Positions 1 to 7,440 of a stretch of 14,688 nt of DNA are shown in pieces. The stretch's first letter is position 1; every line of letters starts with the position of its first letter. This DNA is from Candidatus Thorarchaeota archaeon (GTDB taxonomy: Archaea; Asgardarchaeota; Thorarchaeia; Thorarchaeales; Thorarchaeaceae): assembly GCA_003345555.1 (NCBI GenBank), contig PRDJ01000027.1, forward strand, positions 1 to 14,688, written 5' to 3'. The notes below the pieces were generated by a model. It saw only the letters and a program-made list of their open reading frames with translations. It had not been told where the DNA came from and searched no databases. The translations under genes and the position numbers were made by a program.

Positions 1-729
1 TTCCAACTTGACGACAATCCCCATGTGTCAAAGCCCATTGACCGGATTACCTCTGATACGGACCTCAAGGCTGGAGATGGAGTCTTGGAGCTGTTCCAGG
101 AGGGCATTCGGCAAGAGCATGTGACAAGACTGCTTTCAGTCGGTCTTCTTGGCATAAGGAAATCCCGAAGACTCGTGCCCACTCAATGGAGCATAACAGC
201 GGTTGATGACATAGTAGGCAAGAGACTCCACAAGCAGGTGTTGAGGTTCCCAGTCGTGAACGACTTCTCTGTCTATGCAGACCATGCGCTGGGAAACACA
301 GTTGTTCTCTTGCTGCTGCCAAGCGCCTGGCAGTTCGAAGCGCTCGAGTGTTGGCTTGGAGGTTCAAACCCGCCTGTTATGTCCGACCACGAGTGGTTCA
401 AGGGACGAAAGGACTACGCGCAGGTGATAGTCGGAGCCTACTATGCAACGAGACTTCCCGCCCTTGAGCACCTCATGGATGCTCACAAGCAAGCAGGCGT
501 GATAGTATTCATGGAAGTGGACCCGAGCAAATGGGTGCCCCTAGGTGTCTGGAGATTCAGAGAGATAGCACGTCGTGCGCTTGCGTCCCCTGCAAAGAGA
601 TTCTCCACGCTGGAAGAGGCAGTAAGTGAGATCAGTCTACATCTCACCAACCCGGTCCAGCGATGGCTAGCTGCAAGCAGGATTTACTCGGAACTGATAT
701 CACAGACGCAGCTCACCGACTTCAGTTAG
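1..729 (+). CDS. nreA: DNA repair protein NreA (Nre family), C-terminal part; 5'-truncated by the window edge
   Basis: Frame 1 is open from base 1 (FQLDDNPHVSKPID...) to TAG 727-729. It contains the Nre-type motif RRLVPTQWSITAVDD and GAYYATRL, and ends in a PCNA-interacting PIP-box-like QTQLTDFS. Confidence 0.9.
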   Translation, partial: FQLDDNPHVSKPIDRITSDTDLKAGDGVLELFQEGIRQEHVTRLLSVGLLGIRKSRRLVPTQWSITAVDDIVGKRLHKQVLRFPVVNDFSVYADHALGNTVVLLLLPSAWQFEALECWLGGSNPPVMSDHEWFKGRKDYAQVIVGAYYATRLPALEHLMDAHKQAGVIVFMEVDPSKWVPLGVWRFREIARRALASPAKRFSTLEEAVSEISLHLTNPVQRWLAASRIYSELISQTQLTDFS

Positions 730-736
730 CGGGCAG

Positions 737-744
737 TTTAAGAA
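737..744 (+). promoter_or_regulatory. Putative archaeal TATA box for the T2SSF gene
   Basis: TTTAAGAA about 40 nt upstream of ATG 783 in the short intergenic gap. The same TTTAAG core recurs upstream of the EamA gene and ATP-grasp 2. Confidence 0.45.
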
Positions 745-782
745 TCGCCTTTGTACGCAAGCTACCAGAGGATTGTCAGGAA

Positions 783-2306
783 ATGTACGAGCGGCTCTGC
801 AGGGTGGGTTTGAAGATACCGCCGTTCGCGCTGCTCGGACGCAGGAAGAAGGACAGAGAGCTCGACCGTGCTGTTCGGTTCTTGGCGCCAAAGATGAACC
901 TAACTTCCCAAGGGGTTGCCTCGACCTCATACTTGGTCGCCTTTCTTGTCCTCGTCGGATTACTGTGGTCGATGTCACTTCTGGCAACTAATCCCTTGGT
1001 CATTGTACCACCTTCAACCATCATAGCAGTAGTTGCATACTATTTCATGGTTTCCTATCCGGTCTCCCTGATGAACAGCTACAAGAGCGCCCTGTCTGAA
1101 GAAGCAGACATTGTCTTCGAGCAATTCGTGTTGGTGTTTCAGTCAAGAGGAACAATCTTCGATGCCATCGAAATGGTGGCACAGTCAGAGCACCCATATC
1201 TTTCGGAATCGTTTCGTCGCATCCTTGATCAGACACAGAACGGTGTCCCGCCGGAGAAAGCTATAGCAGACTTTGCTAGGGACCAGCCCTCTGATGATCT
1301 TCGGCGCTATCTTCTGGCAGTTCTAACTGCGCTTGAGAAGAAAACAGACCTACTCGAACTCCTGTCGGGCGAATCATTTGAAGCGGACACCATGCTGCGT
1401 CAAAAGAACCTCGAGCTGGAAAGCAGACTACTGATTGTTGCTGCTCTTACAACTTACTTGCCCATCATGTTCACCCTAGCAATCTCGCTCACAGGTTATG
1501 GTACGAGCCCCTTCGTACTTCTGATCGCTCCGCTTTTTGTAGGACTGGGTTGGATAATGACTTCACGATTCCGACGACAGTTCTCTGCCTACTTCGATCG
1601 CCCACAGAAGTCAGGAGCAATGTCACCACCGCAGAAGGACATTGCAGCAGAGTATGATGAGTTTGTCAATTTCCTGATTCTTCTTGGCGAGCGTCTTCGA
1701 TCAGGGGATACATTAGAAGTCGCTCTTCCTGCTGTAAGAGACGCAACAAGTGCAGAGATCCAGCGCTTGATTGACCCCGCCATCCAATCTGTCTATTGGC
1801 AGAGCGAAAGCATCAAACAAGCCATGGCTATTGCAGGTGAAAAGGCTCTAGGCAAGAGAGTCGCACAGATGTTGAAAATCATCTCACTTATGTGCGAAGC
1901 TTCGGCATCTGAAGCTGGGGAGAGACTCTCGAAGCTGGCCGCGCACATGGTCAAGAGGTCGGCAATAATCAAGGAACGAGGATCCATAATAGCGGCGCAG
2001 AGACTGAAAGTCTACATATTGGGACTGACAAGTGCGGCTGTACTAGGACTTCTATCTTCGCTTACCCCCTTCTTGTTTATTGGGGCTTTGATGCATCAGG
2101 GTCCTCTCTGGAATCCTCAAGCGCTCTCTCTGATTGACTTGGCCCCGCTCATTATCGCACTCGGTGTGATGACTGTTTCAACCGGCTTCCAGAATTCACG
2201 AATGGTTAATGGCGGAAGACCAGCCCTATTCGGCCTAGCCTGCGGTCTGGTGTTCCTATGTGCATTCGCACTTTCTTCCGCTCTGCTTGGTACTGTTCAC
2301 ATTTGA
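783..2306 (+). CDS. Type II/IV secretion system F-family platform membrane protein (ArlJ/PilC/TadB-TadC-like) with two T2SSF domains
   Basis: 507 aa from ATG 783; the track start at 663 overlaps nreA and is unlikely. Two cytoplasmic helical repeats (EEADIVFEQFVLVFQSRGTIFDAIEMV...ESFRRILDQTQNGVPPEKAIADFA and DEFVNFLILLGERLRSGDTLEVALPAV...) are each followed by transmembrane hairpins. Confidence 0.8.
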   Translation: MYERLCRVGLKIPPFALLGRRKKDRELDRAVRFLAPKMNLTSQGVASTSYLVAFLVLVGLLWSMSLLATNPLVIVPPSTIIAVVAYYFMVSYPVSLMNSYKSALSEEADIVFEQFVLVFQSRGTIFDAIEMVAQSEHPYLSESFRRILDQTQNGVPPEKAIADFARDQPSDDLRRYLLAVLTALEKKTDLLELLSGESFEADTMLRQKNLELESRLLIVAALTTYLPIMFTLAISLTGYGTSPFVLLIAPLFVGLGWIMTSRFRRQFSAYFDRPQKSGAMSPPQKDIAAEYDEFVNFLILLGERLRSGDTLEVALPAVRDATSAEIQRLIDPAIQSVYWQSESIKQAMAIAGEKALGKRVAQMLKIISLMCEASASEAGERLSKLAAHMVKRSAIIKERGSIIAAQRLKVYILGLTSAAVLGLLSSLTPFLFIGALMHQGPLWNPQALSLIDLAPLIIALGVMTVSTGFQNSRMVNGGRPALFGLACGLVFLCAFALSSALLGTVHI

Positions 2307-2477
2307 CACAACAAACCAAGAGACTCACAGCCTTTCATGCTCTACCTACGTCCCACTTGCCGGGGAGGAACAACGAGCTATAGGAGTTCTATCGACAGGG
2401 CGCCCATTACAGTGCTCTATCATCACGACGCCAAACTTTCAAATACTGTCGCGCTGAACCCGTTATAGGTGCTTAAT

Positions 2478-3131
2478 ATGCAATGGTTCGGAATCTTCGA
2501 CGTTAACCTTGGGCAGATAATGACGTTCTTTGCCAGCGAATGGGTCGTCGGCTGGGTGCTAATCATCTCGGGGCTGATTGCTGCTGCTTGGCTCTTGGAG
2601 CGAGCTCTGGATGCGATTCCGGTGATCGGTGACCTTCTGAGGTTGCTGGTTCACATCGGGACTCATCTCGGATTTCTCATCGGATTCCTCGACATGCTTG
2701 TCGGATATGTGGCTTGGACGACTCAACCCAATGCCCCAATCGTCGCCGGAATACTGATTGTTACGGGGTTCGCACTCGTAATGAGGATTCTTGCGAAATT
2801 CCCACTTGCTTTCCTCTTTGCAGCAGGCATTGCAGGCTTCGCAACGTTCACGCTCTACGGTCTGCTAAGCCCTTACAAGGCGGATCCTTTCATCGGCGGC
2901 GTCATTTCCCAGGTCGTTTCCCTCAAGGGAATGATTATTGTTTTCTTCATAGTGTTCGCTGTTGTCTACCTACTCGGTGGATTACTCATCAAGCTGATTG
3001 AACTAATAGGCAAAGTGTTTGCCGCTGCTCCTGTTAGCGTGCTAATCGGTCTTGCATGCATTGGAATCGGCATAATAGTAATCTGGCAGCCAGCGTTGTT
3101 GAGCCTTACAATCCCGTGGCCTGCGCCGTGA
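2478..3131 (+). CDS. Uncharacterised polytopic membrane protein (about 6-7 TM helices)
   Basis: 217 aa, almost entirely hydrophobic Gly/Ile/Leu-rich segments. AGGTG RBS at 2467-2471 supports ATG 2478 (alternative GTG 2469). No family recognised. Confidence 0.75.
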   Translation: MQWFGIFDVNLGQIMTFFASEWVVGWVLIISGLIAAAWLLERALDAIPVIGDLLRLLVHIGTHLGFLIGFLDMLVGYVAWTTQPNAPIVAGILIVTGFALVMRILAKFPLAFLFAAGIAGFATFTLYGLLSPYKADPFIGGVISQVVSLKGMIIVFFIVFAVVYLLGGLLIKLIELIGKVFAAAPVSVLIGLACIGIGIIVIWQPALLSLTIPWPAP

Positions 3132-3141
3132 GAGTCAGGGG

Positions 3142-3444
3142 TCAGCGACCCCTCTCTCCTCTCTTTTTGCCAGCACGTGACCTGCCGCGTTTTACATCGC
3201 CGCAAGTCGGTTCTGGCTTCCTAATTTCACGGAAGACAAGAATCTTGACACCCTTGGCCGAGTAATTCCTCGCAGTTGTCGTCAATTCCTCTTCCGCAGC
3301 AAAGATGGTCGGGTACCATGGTGAAGCGTACAGACTCCCACCGCAGTCTGCCATCTTGCTTTCCACCGGAGCATATTCCTTCGCTGGTTCGATTCCGTCA
3401 AAGAGGAGTAGCATGACACGAAAAGCATTGTCTTCTTCCCTCAT
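3142..3444 (-). CDS. Small hypothetical protein with a basic C-terminal tail
   Basis: Fills the gap between convergent and divergent genes. The MREEDNAFRVMLLLFDG...SPWYPTIFAAEEEL...GVKILVFRE core looks globular. ATG 3444 has GGAG directly upstream; the ORF could extend to GTG 3564. Confidence 0.5.
   Translation of the reverse strand: MREEDNAFRVMLLLFDGIEPAKEYAPVESKMADCGGSLYASPWYPTIFAAEEELTTTARNYSAKGVKILVFREIRKPEPTCGDVKRGRSRAGKKRGERGR
3149..3168 (+). terminator. Possible pyrimidine/oligo-T terminator after the membrane protein gene
   Basis: CCCCTCTCTCCTCTCTTTTT begins about 18 nt after TGA 3131; archaeal intrinsic terminators are oligo-U tracts. It also encodes the basic tail of the opposite-strand ORF. 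Confidence 0.3.
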
Positions 3445-3744
3445 CTCCAGCCAGAATTCGCAGTGAGCCAAGGTACAGTCCCAATCTACTCCCTGCATAA
3501 TGACGATTAAGCATTGTTGGGTCAAACCATCTGTGGTCCTAGACACTGATTTGAGGATGAACACTGGACGCCCGTTTATGCTGAAGGTTGGCCTCTAGTT
3601 GGGTTCGCTTCGTCCCAAAGGATTCATATATCGGAGCAGTGCTTCGGGACCAACGAGACCCCTTCACAGAGAGCAACGCGCATCGATCCTTCCCATGCAC
3701 ACTCTTCCACGCTCCAAGATGAGAGGTCGGGAGGCAACCTACGT

Positions 3745-4446
3745 TTGGCTCGAAAGCCTACAGACCCCGGTATCAAGATTTCCGATGACCCGAAACAAAC
3801 CGGTGTCAACAATGATCCTAAGACCGACACTCCCGTGAGCCGAGATCCCGTAGAAGAGAAGAAGCAAGGGAGAAAGAGGAGACGAACAGACGAGAAGAAA
3901 GAGATCATCAGCGTCACTATGAGCCAGCCGCTTGTTCAACGAATAGATGAGTTGGTCAAGGCACGAGCGGGACGGTCAAGAGCTCAGCTGATTGAGGATG
4001 CAGTCCGATGGTTCCTCGATTTATCCGTTCACAAATGGAGTGACAGAGGAATCTACGTGAACTCATGTCGCGTGGCATTGGAGTCTGAAACACTGTCATC
4101 GCTATTCTTCTCGAAACTCACGCCGACAGAACAGTATGAACTTGGCGTTACGGCTGGCAGCCAAGCACCTGTAGCAGATGCAGTCACACTTCTTCACGGT
4201 CGTAACCCACGAGATGAGTCCAGCAGGGCGTTGGTACTTGGACTCCTTCAGGATAATGGCTGGGGGGCGATCTCATATCATGATGACTTGATAGTCTTCA
4301 GTAGCCCGTTCTACCCAGCACCTTTCATCAAAGGATACCTGGAGTCGCTATTGAGAATCAATCTCGATGTTGTCGAGACAAGCGTAAAGGAGAACGCCGC
4401 ATTTCGTATAATGAAGAAGGGCTCGAAAGGAGCAGGCACTACCTAG
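3745..4446 (+). CDS. Ribbon-helix-helix (CopG/NikR-like) DNA-binding protein with a C-terminal V4R-like domain
   Basis: IISVTMSQPLVQRIDELVKARAGRSRAQLIEDAVRWFLD is an RHH pattern. The C-terminal part (YELGVTAG...LLQDNGWGAISY...FIKGYLESLL) follows the V4R-like pattern. TTG start, exact start uncertain. Confidence 0.7.
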   Translation: MARKPTDPGIKISDDPKQTGVNNDPKTDTPVSRDPVEEKKQGRKRRRTDEKKEIISVTMSQPLVQRIDELVKARAGRSRAQLIEDAVRWFLDLSVHKWSDRGIYVNSCRVALESETLSSLFFSKLTPTEQYELGVTAGSQAPVADAVTLLHGRNPRDESSRALVLGLLQDNGWGAISYHDDLIVFSSPFYPAPFIKGYLESLLRINLDVVETSVKENAAFRIMKKGSKGAGTT

Positions 4447-4467
4447 TCTCATCGCTGCACGTAGCTA

Positions 4468-4893
4468 CTACCATTCGCCATCTATCTCAAGCAATTCGAA
4501 CTCACTTTCGTACAGGCCGGGTATGCTCTCGATGGTTTGACGTATCTCGGCTTCTTTCTCCCGGATGCCGTCTGCCGCGAAGTAGACCTCATAGACACAC
4601 CGGTTCTGCTCAAAACAGAACCCCGTGGTGAAGAGAACCTTCAGGTCGTGTTGCTTGAAAAGATGAGTCATGGTCTGCATCAATGCCGGATTGACCTTTT
4701 CAACCTCTAGTCTCACCCTAGCTCCGGCTTCCTTCGTCATTGGTATAAGACGAATCTCACCTGAGCGTTCGAAATAGATGACCATTGCCGCCTTCATGCC
4801 ATCTACGGCAGGATTCGAAAAGAAATCCTTCGGGAGGCTGATGTACGGTTTCTTCTTTACGTCGGCAATCATTCCTTTCGTGAGTCCCGGCAC
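4468..4893 (-). CDS. Putative regulator: AbrB/MazE-like swapped-hairpin N-terminus plus ACT-like C-terminal domain
   Basis: KPYISLPKDF...AMVIYFERSGEIRLIP resembles the AbrB pattern GxIxlPK...f.v.dg.i.l.P. The remainder shows beta-alpha-beta-beta-alpha-beta alternation (RVRLEV, LMQTMTHLFKQHDLKVLFTTG, CVYEVYF, EIRQTIESIPGL). Start GTG 4893 or ATG 4872. Confidence 0.6.
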   Translation of the reverse strand: MPGLTKGMIADVKKKPYISLPKDFFSNPAVDGMKAAMVIYFERSGEIRLIPMTKEAGARVRLEVEKVNPALMQTMTHLFKQHDLKVLFTTGFCFEQNRCVYEVYFAADGIREKEAEIRQTIESIPGLYESEFELLEIDGEW

Positions 4894-4936
4894 TGCAGTT
4901 CGCCTCTAACCTTTGAGAGCCGAAGCCAATCGGGCT

Positions 4937-4944
4937 TTATTTAC
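4937..4944 (-). promoter_or_regulatory. Putative TATA box of the AbrB/ACT gene with an adjacent short inverted repeat (AAGCC-N5-GGCTT, 4923-4937)
   Basis: The minus strand reads GGTAAATAAAG about 45 nt upstream of GTG 4893. Confidence 0.35.
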
Positions 4945-4990
4945 CTTCGTGTGACCCATTCAGAACCTTATCGTTACGTATTTGATTGCC

Positions 4991-5884
4991 CTAACCGGCG
5001 ATGACAACAGCCAAGAGTATCAGAACTGCCCCGATGAGAACCGCTAACGTCAGAGGTTCAGCCAGTAGAACAACGCCCAATGCTACCGCAACAACTGACT
5101 GCAGGAGAATATAGGCAGCGGACGCCGACCCGCCTATCTCACGAAGACCTGAATAATAGAGCACGTAACCGAGCCCGATCGACATTGTGCCCAGGTATGC
5201 AAGGACGACCCATGGTTCCAAGACGGAGACTGCAGTCAAGTTGTATGGGCCAGCGACTAGTGCGACAAGACTCAGTGTCACAACAGTGTAGGTCCCGTTG
5301 CCGACAGCCAATCGTAGCGGACTTTGCGTCTTCTGAAGACCTCGTTGGGAGACAACTATCCAGAAGGCCCAAGATATCCCCGCACCTAGCGCACTGAGAT
5401 TACCCAGCAGCTCTCCTCCGATCAGCAATTCTGGCTGGCCCTTTGTCGCAACCAGAAACGCACCACAAACGCCAATCAGTAGCCCCCCGATTCGTCGCAG
5501 TGAGACCCTCTCCTTAAGGAGTGCCCAGGTTATTAAGGGCACAAAGGGCACGCCAGCGTTTACCAGTAAACTCGTGTTTGTGGCAGTCGTAAGTGATAGA
5601 GCAATATATTGGAGCATGAATCCCATAGCGTTCAGAGAACCAAGCAGCAAGGACTCGGGCATCGCGAGGATGTTGGTGACTCCCTGCCCGCTACCCTTCG
5701 GTTCTAGCATTCTCATTGCGACAAAGAGGACCGCAAGGCCGATGCAGTTCTCCAAGAATGCAAACAGAATTGGATTGAGATAGGAAACACCTATTCGCCC
5801 TGCAACAAATGACGAGCCCCAGATTCCAGCTGCGACAATCATGAATACACGCGCTCGAACCAAGCGCTTGGTTCCAGTTGTCAT
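4991..5884 (-). CDS. EamA/DMT family drug-metabolite transporter
   Basis: About 297 aa, 10 TM helices in two repeats. Motifs IWGSSFVAGRIG, LQYIALSLTTATNTSLL, WALLKERVS, LYYSGLREIG, LGVVLLAEPLT. ATG 5884 is preferred over TTG 5932 because a TTTAAG box lies at 5917-5924. Confidence 0.92.
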   Translation of the reverse strand: MTTGTKRLVRARVFMIVAAGIWGSSFVAGRIGVSYLNPILFAFLENCIGLAVLFVAMRMLEPKGSGQGVTNILAMPESLLLGSLNAMGFMLQYIALSLTTATNTSLLVNAGVPFVPLITWALLKERVSLRRIGGLLIGVCGAFLVATKGQPELLIGGELLGNLSALGAGISWAFWIVVSQRGLQKTQSPLRLAVGNGTYTVVTLSLVALVAGPYNLTAVSVLEPWVVLAYLGTMSIGLGYVLYYSGLREIGGSASAAYILLQSVVAVALGVVLLAEPLTLAVLIGAVLILLAVVIAG

Positions 5885-5916
5885 CCCGAAGGCCTTCATA
5901 TGCGATAACGACCAAC

Positions 5917-5924
5917 ACTTAAAG
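5917..5924 (-). promoter_or_regulatory. Putative TATA box for the EamA gene
   Basis: The minus strand reads CTTTAAGT about 33 nt upstream of ATG 5884. Confidence 0.4.
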
Positions 5925-6040
5925 AGTGCCAATTAGACTAGCCTGCACAAACGAATTCCGAGATAGGCACGACAGAGACTCTCTTGTTGACCGTGAATCG
6001 CGAGATCGGTCGACAGGCCACATGGCACCAACAACACACT

Positions 6041-6056
6041 TGACAACGTTTATATG
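6041..6056 (+). promoter_or_regulatory. Putative BRE-TATA promoter of rpoH
   Basis: TGACAACG followed by TTTATATG (6049-6056), about 42 nt upstream of ATG 6098; a near-consensus archaeal TATA. Confidence 0.55.
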
Positions 6057-6097
6057 AGCTATGAGAGCGCGGAGCTTTGCGCCCGGGTGCTTCTCCC

Positions 6098-6658
6098 ATG
6101 GTAGACCTTCCAGCATCAGTGATTAAGACCAGAGGTTTGCTTACACTTCGTGGCTACAAGGTCGATGAGCTCTTTGAGTATGAGGACCGATACGTCATGC
6201 TCCCTGTGAAAGAGACAGGTGAAGGTGCTATCAAGTCGGTGGTCTGGATATTCAAGGAGGCGAAAGTCGTTGGCGTCGCGATAGTCAAGGACATCGCACG
6301 AGACATGGAAGAAGCCCAAGCTATTGAAGGAGTCCTAGTAGGCGGTTCTCGTTTCACTCCCGCTGCAAGGAAGTTCGCACGGGCGGCCAAGGTGGAACTC
6401 GTCGAGGGCACCTATTCCTCATTTGACCTGTTCCAGCATGAGCTGGTTCCAAAACACACCATCGTGAGTGATGAAGAGGTTCATATGGTTCTCGAGCACT
6501 ATGGGATCAAGAAGCCACAGCTTCCACGAATTCTGAGGGACGATCCCGCGGCGAAGGTACTAGGAGCCAAGGCAGGGCAAGTCATCCGTGTGGAACGTGA
6601 CAGCCCCACTGCTGGCAAGACATACTACTACCGCGTTGTTGTAGAGGCGAGTCGTTAG
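6098..6658 (+). CDS. rpoH: DNA-directed RNA polymerase subunit Rpo5/RpoH with an N-terminal RPB5 jaw-like (restriction-endonuclease fold) domain
   Basis: 186 aa. Residues from 109 onwards (FDLFQHELVPKHTIVSDEEV...QLPRILRDDPAAKVLGAKAGQVIRVERDSPTAGKTYYYRVV) are a classic RpoH/RPB5 C-terminal domain. The ~105-aa N-terminal extension has LRGYKV, KVVGVAIVK and FTPAARKFA. Confidence 0.93.
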   Translation: MVDLPASVIKTRGLLTLRGYKVDELFEYEDRYVMLPVKETGEGAIKSVVWIFKEAKVVGVAIVKDIARDMEEAQAIEGVLVGGSRFTPAARKFARAAKVELVEGTYSSFDLFQHELVPKHTIVSDEEVHMVLEHYGIKKPQLPRILRDDPAAKVLGAKAGQVIRVERDSPTAGKTYYYRVVVEASR

Positions 6659-6660
6659 GG

Positions 6661-7431
6661 CTACAGCACGACGAGGCCCATCTGCATACCTACTACGAAG
6701 ATTATCAGAGAGGTAAGGAAAGGCAACGTCACATTGTCAGTGCCTCTCGGACTCACGAGTTCTATAAGTGTCGCTGAAATCGACGCTATCAAAGCAAGAA
6801 AGATCATCGGCACCCAGAGGATCTGTCCGCCTCCAATGAAGACACCGTAGTTGAATACTCCGAAGAACCAGAATGCGAGCACTGCACCAAGGAACCCGAA
6901 GGCGAACAATGCAAAACTCCCGGGTGGGCTCCTCTTTGAGCCAAATACGGTGCGCATGTGGTTCTTGCCGTATTTTAGCCCGATTGGAGCAGACATACCA
7001 TCGCCAAACATCATGATGTGGATCGCAGCGGCCGCAACAAAATAGAGGCGATCGTATCCTGTGAAAGTGAATAGGCCTGTCAACAGAGTTATGGACACTG
7101 CATACCAGAATGGCCCTCTTACGCTCCCATGCTCGAGATCTTCAGGACGAGCCATCGCCGCAAAGAATCGTCCAAACCTCTTCGAGTTTGCGACCGCAAG
7201 GAAAACAACGAATGTGAACGCCAAGAGTGTGGCAACCCATGGATGGGGATAGTAGGGAACAGTCCAGATGACGATTCCTGCAAAGAGGTGTATGATTTTC
7301 CGAGTGAAATTCGAACCCTTGTTCAACTTCCTCCGTGTGAGATCTCCAATGCCCAAGACAATAAGCACATACAGGAAACCAATGAAGAAAACGATGACAT
7401 CATTCAAATCAATGGCGAAATCCACAAGCAC
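6661..7431 (-). CDS. CTP-dependent polyprenol/phytol/dolichol kinase family membrane protein (CTP_transf_1-like)
   Basis: Motifs TRKIIHL, GDGMSAPIGLKYGK, KRSPPGS and GTDNVTLP with multiple TM helices. AGGTGA RBS at 7441-7446 supports GTG 7431. Confidence 0.85.
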   Translation of the reverse strand: MLVDFAIDLNDVIVFFIGFLYVLIVLGIGDLTRRKLNKGSNFTRKIIHLFAGIVIWTVPYYPHPWVATLLAFTFVVFLAVANSKRFGRFFAAMARPEDLEHGSVRGPFWYAVSITLLTGLFTFTGYDRLYFVAAAAIHIMMFGDGMSAPIGLKYGKNHMRTVFGSKRSPPGSFALFAFGFLGAVLAFWFFGVFNYGVFIGGGQILWVPMIFLALIASISATLIELVSPRGTDNVTLPFLTSLIIFVVGMQMGLVVL

Positions 7432-7440
7432 AGGACAGAT

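Noticed and set aside
663-782. N-terminal extension of the T2SSF ORF given by the ORF track (MASCKQDLL...)
   Set aside because: It overlaps the nreA 3' end and a TATA-like box. ATG 783 gives a more plausible protein.
3599-3618. TTGGG-N10-CCCAA hairpin containing GGTTCG, considered as a tRNA fragment
   Set aside because: No cloverleaf, D-arm or acceptor stem can be built; it is only a 5-bp stem.
3868-3885. GRKRRR as a nuclear localisation signal
   Set aside because: The context is prokaryotic, and basic patches next to RHH domains are readily explained by DNA binding.
6098-6421. Reading the RpoH N-terminus as an active Mrr restriction nuclease
   Set aside because: No (D/E)-(D/E)xK or QxK catalytic motif is visible, and it matches the RPB5 jaw pattern better.
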